Shown here: one piece after another, positions 19,132 through 25,429 of the stretch
How the letters are laid out: every line of letters starts with the position of its first letter
Numbering within the stretch: the stretch's first letter is position 1
NCBI GenBank assembly: GCA_022562335.1
Contig: JADFPM010000001.1
Span: forward strand, 1-33,640
Length of the DNA stretch: 33,640 nucleotides
Direction: 5' to 3'
DNA from: Chloroflexota bacterium
Lineage (GTDB): Bacteria; Chloroflexota; Dehalococcoidia; Lucifugimonadales; UBA3495
Program-made: the position numbers and the translations under genes
Notes under the pieces: generated by a model
What the model was told of the DNA's origin: nothing
The model's database searches: none
What the model saw: the letters and a program-made list of their open reading frames with translations, nothing else

Positions 19132-20097
19132 TCAGTCCTTTAGGACCTGGTCGATCATGCGGTCCAGATCACTCAACGATGCGGCGGCTTCCGCCGAGAC
19201 GGCGTCGAATTTGGAAGTCTTTTTGAGGTCCGCCAGCAACTGGCGGCCGTTCTCGGTCTGGTCCAGGCCGGTCAGCAATTCCCTAACCTGTTTGACCCGT
19301 TCTTCCGCCAGGCCAGGCCGCACCGACACCAATTGCCTGGGGACGGTAGAGGTCCGGTCAAACGAAATAAGTTTGCCCTTGAGTTCCGGGGGCAGATCAT
19401 CAAAATCTTCGTTGGACAAAGCTCCCGCAGCCACTCGCCCTTGCAGGATCATCTCCACGGTATTCTCTTCGTCGCCGGTAAAGAAGTAACCTATCTGACC
19501 TGCCTCCACGGAAGAATCGAAGGATGCCACAACCTTCAGGTCCAACCCGCGTTGGAGCAGCGTGCCCACGGGTAGCAAGAAGCCCGAGGTGGAATAGGGC
19601 TCCTCCACCGCCAGAATTTTACCCTTCAGGTCCGACACCGTACTGAGACCGCTGTCTCGGCGGGCCACGAAGATCGACCAGTACTCAGGGACGCCTTCTT
19701 TCCACCGGCGCAAGATGATCTGGGAGCCGGAGATATCCCTCACCGCCAGGGTCGGATAAGCGCTATCAAAGTAAACGTCGACTTCGCCTTCCAGCATCAT
19801 CCGCCCCATGTCCGAGATGTCCCTGGCGATCACCACTCGTCCTTCACGGATCCCCTGGCGTTCCATGGCGGCAGCGAGGAAATCCGCCAGGGGCTGAAAC
19901 CGCTTGATTTTTTTCCCGGGGTCGTCGGCATCGATGTCGCCCAATACTAAAACTGCGGTCCGGGGGACGGGAACGTTTGGGGTGGCCGTGGAGACCTGAG
20001 CCGCCGAAACGCAACCGGCCGTTACACCGGCCAGAAGCGCCAGAGAAACCGCAACCAACCGGATCACCCAAAAATTTGGGGGGATCTCTCTTTTCAT
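19132..20097 (-). CDS. PhnD-family (phosphate/phosphonate-type) ABC substrate-binding lipoprotein, with no cognate permease or ATPase genes adjacent
   Basis: RFQPLADFLA...VVIARD...DVYFDSAYPTLAV...WSIFVARRDSGL..LKGK.LAVEEPYSTSGFLLP are typical PhnD-fold blocks. I prefer ATG 20097 (MKREIPPNFWVIRLVAVSLALLAGVTAGC, a signal peptide with a lipobox-like TAGC) over the track start at 20178. The stop is 6 nt before the kinase start. Confidence 0.78.
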   Translation of the reverse strand: MKREIPPNFWVIRLVAVSLALLAGVTAGCVSAAQVSTATPNVPVPRTAVLVLGDIDADDPGKKIKRFQPLADFLAAAMERQGIREGRVVIARDISDMGRMMLEGEVDVYFDSAYPTLAVRDISGSQIILRRWKEGVPEYWSIFVARRDSGLSTVSDLKGKILAVEEPYSTSGFLLPVGTLLQRGLDLKVVASFDSSVEAGQIGYFFTGDEENTVEMILQGRVAAGALSNEDFDDLPPELKGKLISFDRTSTVPRQLVSVRPGLAEERVKQVRELLTGLDQTENGRQLLADLKKTSKFDAVSAEAAASLSDLDRMIDQVLKD

Positions 20098-20476
20098 GAG
20101 GAATATATGATTATCGGCAATATAAGGACTGACTTCGGCCAATATTACAGCATTTTGACCAGAATTGCGGTCATTCATGTCAATCCGGCATTCCTGATGC
20201 CGTCAATCGCCCCCAATCCAAACGCGACTCAATCAGGATGCCTCAGGTTCAACCGCCGGTAAACCCTCTTTTGAGCGATTTATGGGGTGATAACAGAGCT
20301 AGCCATTCCATAAGGATAGAAGCGGCCGGGTAATAAAAATGCTATAGGCTACGCCTGCCCATGCCCGAAAGACATCGGGAATTCAAACCGGGATGGTTGT
20401 CCGGGCCGGCAGATGGGTGTGCTCTGTGAAAGCTAGAGAGGTTTATGGTCCAGACTGCGGAAAAGGGCCGTTGTGC

Positions 20477-21814
20477 CTACAATATCGGCAGGTAGCGGGA
20501 TATTTCGTAATCGGTGACCGTGCTACGGTACTCTTCCCACTCTATCCGCTTATTGCGGATAAAGCTGTCGAAGATGTGCCCCCCCAGTGCGGAGCGCAAT
20601 AGATCGCTGTCTTCCGCCAGAGCGATCGCTTCACCCAAACTGCCCGGCAATGTCCGAATATTCCTGGTCTGCCGTTCTTCCGCGGACATGGCGAAAACGT
20701 TGCTTTCCGCCGGCGGAGGTGGCGGGTATTCTTCCTCAACGCCTTTAAAGCCCGCCGCTAGCATCACCGAAAACGCCAGGTATGGGTTGCACGCCGGGTC
20801 GGGAGCCCGGTATTCAATCCTCACCGAGCTTTCATAGCCCTGCTTGTAGGAGGGAACGCGAATCAAATCCGACCGGTTGACGTGGGACCACGAAATGTAT
20901 ACTGGGGCCTCGAATCCGGGCACCAGGCGCTTGTAGGAATTCACCCATTGATTGGTCACCAGGGTGATTTCCGGAGCATGGCGTATCAGCCCGGCGATGA
21001 AATGTTTGCCCAACATAGCCAGGTGATGCTCATCGTCGGGGTCGTAAAAGGCGTTATCATTGCCCTTGAAAAGCGATTGGTGGCTATGCATCCCAGAGCC
21101 GTTCATATTCGACAGGGGTTTGGGCATGAATGATGCGTAGGCGCCGCCGTTCTGGGCCAGTTCCTTGATCACCAGTTTCGCGGTCATCACGCTATCCGCC
21201 ATGGTAAGGGCGTCGGTGTATTGCAGGTCTATCTCGTGCTGGCTGTCGGCGGCTTCATGATGGGAATATTTGACGGGAATTCCCATCTCACCCAGATTCA
21301 GCACGGTATCCCGGCGCAAATCGCCGGCCAGGGGGCTGGAAAGTTGATCGAAATAGCCGCTGTGGTCCAGGGGCTCGGGTGTACTTGAGCTGGTAAAGTA
21401 GAAAAACTCCAATTCAGGACCGACGTAGTAGGTATAGCCGCGTTGGGCCAGCCGTTCCAGGTTGCGCTTCAGGGCGTACCTGGGGTCTCCCTCAAATGGA
21501 TCACCCTTGGGGGTGCGTATATCGCAAAACATGCGGGCCACCGCATTTTGCCGGGGCCGCCAGGGCAGCAGCGTAAAGGTCGACGGATCCGGGAAGGCGC
21601 GCATATCGCTTTCGTTGGTGCGGGCAAACCCTTCGATCGACGCACCGTCAAAGCCGACGCCTTGTTCGATGGCGTCTTCCAAATCCTCGACGGTTATGGC
21701 GAACCCTTTCAGGTTCCCCAATATGTCGGTGAACCAGAGACGAACGAATTTTACGTCATTTTCCCGGGCGTTGCGCAGTACGAATTCGCGCTCCGCAGCT
21801 CTGTCTTGCTCCAT
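20477..21814 (-). CDS. glnA: Glutamine synthetase, type I (about 445 aa, short GSI-alpha-like form)
   Basis: VKFVRLWFTDILGNLKGF, GFDGASIEGF, GPELEFF, HHEAADSQHEIDL, KPLSNMNGSGMHSHQSL and NRSDLIRVP...RIEYRAPDPACNPYL are canonical GS blocks. Confidence 0.95.
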   Translation of the reverse strand: MEQDRAAEREFVLRNARENDVKFVRLWFTDILGNLKGFAITVEDLEDAIEQGVGFDGASIEGFARTNESDMRAFPDPSTFTLLPWRPRQNAVARMFCDIRTPKGDPFEGDPRYALKRNLERLAQRGYTYYVGPELEFFYFTSSSTPEPLDHSGYFDQLSSPLAGDLRRDTVLNLGEMGIPVKYSHHEAADSQHEIDLQYTDALTMADSVMTAKLVIKELAQNGGAYASFMPKPLSNMNGSGMHSHQSLFKGNDNAFYDPDDEHHLAMLGKHFIAGLIRHAPEITLVTNQWVNSYKRLVPGFEAPVYISWSHVNRSDLIRVPSYKQGYESSVRIEYRAPDPACNPYLAFSVMLAAGFKGVEEEYPPPPPAESNVFAMSAEERQTRNIRTLPGSLGEAIALAEDSDLLRSALGGHIFDSFIRNKRIEWEEYRSTVTDYEISRYLPIL

Positions 21815-21915
21815 GTTGACGTCCCCTTAGCCTCCGTGAAAAGGCGCCGCACCGCCGGTGAAACCCGCAGGCCGGTCCACATCTGCATTGCCGGCTAGAT
21901 TTACCACGGCTGACC

Positions 21916-23127
21916 TCAGGCTATATATGCGGACTCCGCATGTTGGGATAGGTCCAATCCCGATTCCTCTTCTTCCTCACTCGCCCGGATCCCGATGGTG
22001 TACTTCAAGGCCAGAAGTATGATGGAGGTGGCCACGAATGCCCAGCCCCAAGATGCTCCGATGGCGATCAGTTGCAAAACGATCTGCTCACCCCGGCTGA
22101 TGTCGCCCAGAGATGCAAATCCTATCCCCACGAATAATCCGGTGGCCAGTGCGCCCCAGGTCCCGCCGACACCGTGGACACCCCAGACGGCCAGGGCATC
22201 GTCCACTTTAAGGGCGAGCAGCAATTTTACCGCACCGTAGCATACGACGCCAGCGCCCACACCGATTATCAAGGCGGGCATGGGTCCGACGAACCCGGAA
22301 GCTGGAGTGATCGCCACCAAGCCGGCCACCGCCCCCGAGGCCGCGCCGACTATGCTTGGCTTACCATCGAACACCCAAGACATGAGCACCCACGAAACCA
22401 AGGCGGCTGCCGTGGCGGTGTTGGTCACCACAAAGGCATTGACGGCGGTCCCGTTGGCCGCCAGGGCGCTGCCGGCGTTGAACCCGAACCAGCCGAACCA
22501 CAGCAAGCCAGCCCCCAGCACCACCATGGGCACATTGTGGGGCGGCATCGCCTGTGTCCCGAACCCTATCCGTTTTCCGATTATAAGGGCCGCTGCCAGC
22601 GCGGCCACTCCCGCGTTGATGTGGACCACGGTGCCGCCGGCAAAGTCCAACGCGCCCAGGCTGCCCAACCAGCCGCCACCCCATACCCAGTGGGCCATCG
22701 GCGCGTAAACAATGGTGACCCACAGGACTACAAAGATCACAAAAGCGCTGAACTTCATCCGGTCGGCAAATGCGCCGGTGATCAGCGCCGGCGTGATGAT
22801 CGCGAACATGGCCTGGAAGATCATGAACGCCTGGTGAGGAATGGTGTCCGAATATGGGCCTGCCTCAGTGGCGGACACGCCTCTCAGACCGATCCAGTCC
22901 AAATTGCCCACCAAGCCCCAGCCGTTCCACGATGGGGCGAAGGCCAGGCTGTAGCCCCACAAGACCCAAACGACGCCCACAATACCCATGCACGACAAGC
23001 TGTACATGATGGTGGAGGTGGTATTTTTTCGCCGCACCAACCCCCCATAAAAGAATGCCAATCCGGGCGTCATCAGTAACACCAGGGCTGAACTGGCCAA
23101 CACCCAAGCAATATCTCCCGAATCCAT
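21916..23127 (-). CDS. amt: Ammonium transporter (Amt family), 403 aa, no signal peptide
   Basis: GDIAWVLASSALVLLMTPGLAFFYGG, DFAGGTVVHINAG, LLWFGWFGFNAGS and VWGVHGVGGTWGAL are Amt signature blocks. Confidence 0.95.
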   Translation of the reverse strand: MDSGDIAWVLASSALVLLMTPGLAFFYGGLVRRKNTTSTIMYSLSCMGIVGVVWVLWGYSLAFAPSWNGWGLVGNLDWIGLRGVSATEAGPYSDTIPHQAFMIFQAMFAIITPALITGAFADRMKFSAFVIFVVLWVTIVYAPMAHWVWGGGWLGSLGALDFAGGTVVHINAGVAALAAALIIGKRIGFGTQAMPPHNVPMVVLGAGLLWFGWFGFNAGSALAANGTAVNAFVVTNTATAAALVSWVLMSWVFDGKPSIVGAASGAVAGLVAITPASGFVGPMPALIIGVGAGVVCYGAVKLLLALKVDDALAVWGVHGVGGTWGALATGLFVGIGFASLGDISRGEQIVLQLIAIGASWGWAFVATSIILLALKYTIGIRASEEEEESGLDLSQHAESAYIA

Positions 23128-23177
23128 CGCTATTTCATCTTCTCCTTAGATTTGGGCCGTCAAGTCGAATAGATAAA

Positions 23178-23213
23178 GGCCCACACCGGCTGGATCGTCC
23201 GACAGCATGGGCC
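23178..23213 (-). terminator. Attenuator-like imperfect hairpin followed by a U-rich tract in the amt leader
   Basis: The minus strand reads GGCCCAU GCUGUCGGACGAUCCAGCCGGU GUGGGCC followed by UUUAUCUAUU. It lies between the micro-ORF stop (23280) and the amt ATG (23127). Confidence 0.35.
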
Positions 23214-23279
23214 CGTCTTTCTGGTTGATCATGGGCCTGCGGCCAACTGTAACAGCCGCAGGAAATTGGAAGATAACGG

Positions 23280-23363
23280 TTACTTGCGAAGGAACTTTCG
23301 GGGCAACACCACCCAAATCCCAAACAGCGCCACAAAAACCCCTGCCGCAACAATCGCTTCCAT
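23280..23363 (-). CDS. Candidate 27-aa hydrophobic micro-protein (MEAIVAAGVFVALFGIWVVLPRKFLRK) upstream of amt
   Basis: Below the ORF-track size cut-off. ATG at 23363 is preceded by GGAGGA (23372..23377) with an 8-nt spacer. It has one predicted TM helix and a basic C-terminus. The stop TAA is at 23282..23280. Confidence 0.4.
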   Translation of the reverse strand: MEAIVAAGVFVALFGIWVVLPRKFLRK

Positions 23364-23377
23364 CGTTGGCTTCCTCC

Positions 23378-23421
23378 ATCAAGACCGCATCAAGACCGCA
23401 TCAAGACCGCATCAAGACCGG
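23378..23421. repeat. Perfect tandem repeat, 4 x 11 bp (plus strand ATCAAGACCGC x3 then ATCAAGACCGG)
   Basis: Units start at 23378, 23389, 23400 and 23411. The repeat directly abuts the SD of the micro-ORF. On the minus strand it reads (C/G)CGGUCUUGAU x4. Confidence 0.95.
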
Positions 23422-23460
23422 CAAATAACCGAAACTTCATTTTCAATTCTAAGCACCGGT

Positions 23461-23498
23461 GTTACAAATACTTTTCTAATATGTTAAATCCATGTTAC
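23461..23498 (-). promoter_or_regulatory. Four pentamers in 11-bp phase (minus strand GTAAC-n6-TTAAC-n6-GAAAA-n6-GTAAC) upstream of the micro-ORF and amt
   Basis: Plus-strand GTTAC 23461, TTTTC 23472, GTTAA 23483 and GTTAC 23494. A TAGAAT -10-like hexamer (minus strand, 23451..23446) follows, with a poor -35. Confidence 0.45.
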
Positions 23499-23598
23499 AT
23501 TTTCCCACTCCTCACGCCTGGTCAGGCCATTGGCACCATGTGGCATTGCTGTTTCGGGCTGAGGACATCACCGGTCCTCAAAAAACTTGGGCCCAAAA

Positions 23599-23630
23599 AG
23601 GATTCGGGGCGCGGCAACGCGCCCCGAATC
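23599..23630 (-). terminator. Intrinsic terminator of the upstream amt gene
   Basis: A perfect 14-bp stem GGATTCGGGGCGCG / CGCGCCCCGAATCC with a GCAA loop. On the minus strand it is followed by TTTTTGGGCCCAAGTTTTTT. It lies about 55 nt after the stop at 23683. Confidence 0.85.
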
Positions 23631-23682
23631 CTGCTCTCCAAACATCCCTCTAGGAGAAGGGCGATGTCAAGTTGAGCCCCGG

Positions 23683-25062
23683 TCAATCACCCGAGCCGGG
23701 CACTGATTCTCCACCATAGGCCTCAATCCCGTGCTCCGATATGTCCAACCCGGCCAGCTCTTCCTCCCGGGTGACCCGGATCCCCATGGTGAATTTCAAA
23801 AGCAGGAACAGCGCAAATCCTGTGCCCAACGCCCAGGCAAGCACCACGCCCATGCTGATCAACTGGGAAAGGATCTGCAGCGTGTTTCCCACCACCAGGC
23901 CGCTGACGCCGTTGTTCCCGTTGGCGAAGATCCCCACCGCCAAAAGCCCCCACAACCCGGTAGAGCCATGCACCGATATGGCGCTTACCGGATCATCTAT
24001 CTTGAACACTTTCTCAATCAGGATCACAGACCCCATCATCACCGGAGCGGCTATCAAGCCGATCACCACCGCGGACCATGGTTCCACAAAGGCAGCCCCG
24101 GCGGTTATGCCCACCAATCCGGCAAGGGCGCCGTTGCAAGCCATCAAGATGTCGGTGGTGCCTTTGCGCATCAATTGGATGTAGAGGGCCACCACAGCGC
24201 CCGTGGCCCCTGAAAGCAGGGTGTTGATGGCGTTAAGGCCGATGGAATCGCCGGTGTTTATATTGAAGCCAAACCAGCCGAAGAAGAGGATGAACGTGCC
24301 CACGACCACGTACGGCACGCTATGCCCCAAGATGACGTTGGCGGAGCCGTCGGCGTTGTACTTCCCTATTCTCGGGCCCACCACCGCGGCCCCGGCCAAG
24401 GCGATGAATCCTCCCACGGCGTGCACCACCCCGGAGCCGGCGTAATCGGCTGCCGCGGGCAGGTTGATACTTTCCAGAGAACCCAGCCATCCTCCGCCCC
24501 AGACCCAGTGGCCGTATAGCGGATAGATGATGGCGCCCACCATGAAGCTATAGGCCAAATACGCCTGGGTCTTGGTCCGTTCCGCCATGGCCCCGGCCAC
24601 GATGGTCGCCGCGGTGGCCGCAAACACCATCTGGAACACAAAATCCACGTAGGTCTGGCCATTGGCCGAGTCGGTAAGGAAAAAGTTGGTGGTGCCGGCG
24701 ATCCCCGCCGCCGATGTCCCCCACATCAAAGCGAAGCCAAAGGCCCAGAAAGACAGGGAAGCGATGGCAAAGTCCATAAAGCTTTTTGTCAGGTAGTTGG
24801 TGGTGTTCTTGGACCGGATCAAGCCCGCCCCCAAAAAGGCGAAGCCGGCCTGCATGAAAAACACCAAAAACGCCGCAAACATCCAGATGATATTGGCGCC
24901 CTGATCCAATTTATCGGCCTTGGACGTGATGTCCTGGGCAAAGGCCACGTTGTATCCCGCCAGTATCCCGGCCGCAAACAGAGCGGCGATCACCAGGGGC
25001 AACACCCGGCGCAGTGTGATGGGGCCCCAACGGCTTTTCCCAGTAGCGTAAACGCGCAACAT
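23683..25062 (-). CDS. amt: Ammonium transporter (Amt family), 459 aa, with an N-terminal signal/anchor sequence
   Basis: FMQAGFAFLGAGLIRSKN, DYAGSGVVHAVGG, FGWFGFN and AISVHGSTGLWGLLAVG are Amt blocks. The N-terminus RRVLPLVIAALFAAGILAGYNVAFA is signal-like. GGAGGAG lies upstream of the ATG at 25062. Confidence 0.95.
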   Translation of the reverse strand: MLRVYATGKSRWGPITLRRVLPLVIAALFAAGILAGYNVAFAQDITSKADKLDQGANIIWMFAAFLVFFMQAGFAFLGAGLIRSKNTTNYLTKSFMDFAIASLSFWAFGFALMWGTSAAGIAGTTNFFLTDSANGQTYVDFVFQMVFAATAATIVAGAMAERTKTQAYLAYSFMVGAIIYPLYGHWVWGGGWLGSLESINLPAAADYAGSGVVHAVGGFIALAGAAVVGPRIGKYNADGSANVILGHSVPYVVVGTFILFFGWFGFNINTGDSIGLNAINTLLSGATGAVVALYIQLMRKGTTDILMACNGALAGLVGITAGAAFVEPWSAVVIGLIAAPVMMGSVILIEKVFKIDDPVSAISVHGSTGLWGLLAVGIFANGNNGVSGLVVGNTLQILSQLISMGVVLAWALGTGFALFLLLKFTMGIRVTREEELAGLDISEHGIEAYGGESVPGSGD

Positions 25063-25090
25063 TTTCTCCTCCTCAAGGGGTTTCCAGCAT

Positions 25091-25164
25091 GTTAAAGGCG
25101 CTTTGTTACGCCAAGGTTGCCTGTTTGTTACACTCGTGTTCCAAATGTGTTAATTGTTTGTTAA
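25091..25164 (-). promoter_or_regulatory. Array of GTT(A/G/C)(A/C) pentamers, six in exact 11-bp register plus one offset by 14 bp, upstream of the 459-aa amt gene
   Basis: Plus-strand pentamer starts: 25105 GTTAC, 25116 GTTGC, 25127 GTTAC, 25138 GTTCC, 25149 GTTAA, 25160 GTTAA, plus 25091 GTTAA. This places the array 29 to 102 nt upstream of the ATG. Confidence 0.5.
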
Positions 25165-25320
25165 ATCCCGCCCCACATCCCGCATTCAACAAATATCCGG
25201 ACGCGCCGCCCGTGAGACCCTTGCTGAACAGGTTAAAAGAGAGAGATTGAGCCTGCACTGAAATGACCTGGACGTTTTCGGAATCCGCCATGGCTAGCCG
25301 CCCGACCCCAGTCAACGGGC

Positions 25321-25356
25321 AATCAAATGGGCGGCCTTGCGGCCGCCCATTTGATT
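25321..25356 (-). terminator. Terminator hairpin downstream of the rhodanese gene
   Basis: A perfect 16-bp stem AATCAAATGGGCGGCC / GGCCGCCCATTTGATT with a 4-nt loop. The GC core is flanked by A-rich and U-rich arms, which is a bidirectional-terminator shape. It lies about 75 nt after the stop at 25430. Confidence 0.7.
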
Positions 25357-25429
25357 CCGTTGCCGCGGCAACCCCTCGAGGGTTTTGGCGGTTCAGGTGA
25401 TTGCGCGGTTTACGTGACGAATAGGGTGA

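Noticed and set aside
22174-23079. 301-aa ORF antisense to amt (also 22280..22708 and 22361..22723)
   Set aside because: It is fully contained within a strongly motif-supported Amt gene. This is a GC-rich shadow ORF with implausible composition.
23128-23279. Glutamine riboswitch (glnA RNA / downstream-peptide motif) in the amt leader
   Set aside because: I could not find the conserved GGAAGUAGG / AAGGAACGC-like core as I remember it. Only generic hairpins are present. An Infernal scan is needed for a definitive answer.
23146-23382. 78-aa ORF (and the 72-aa ORF 23135..23353) upstream of amt, considered as a possible P-II or novel small protein
   Set aside because: It does not resemble P-II (which is about 112 aa and starts MKKIEAI...). 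It has a TTG start inside the tandem repeat with no SD, and an odd Cys/Gly/Trp-rich N-terminus. The overlapping 27-codon frame has a consensus SD and a clean TM helix, and the 3' part coincides with hairpin/U-tract structure. I therefore interpret the region as a leader plus micro-ORF.
23378-23421. Possible CRISPR or minisatellite
   Set aside because: The units are 11 bp and directly abutting with no spacers, there are only four copies, and there are no cas genes. It is a simple tandem repeat, reported as such.
23460-23499. TnrA/GlnR (MerR-type, Bacillus) box TGTNA-N7-TNACA upstream of amt, plausible because the GS is a short GSI form
   Set aside because: The best candidate, TGTTA-AATCCATG-TTACA (23482..23499), has an 8-nt spacer instead of the strict 7. 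The other TGTTA (23460) is followed by TTTTC rather than TNACA. An NtcA site (GTA-N8-TAC) is also not satisfied. The 11-bp-phased direct pentamers describe the data better.
25106-25315. 69-aa minus-strand ORF between the rhodanese terminator and amt
   Set aside because: It has no SD and overlaps the phased pentamer array and presumed promoter. It is more likely regulatory DNA.
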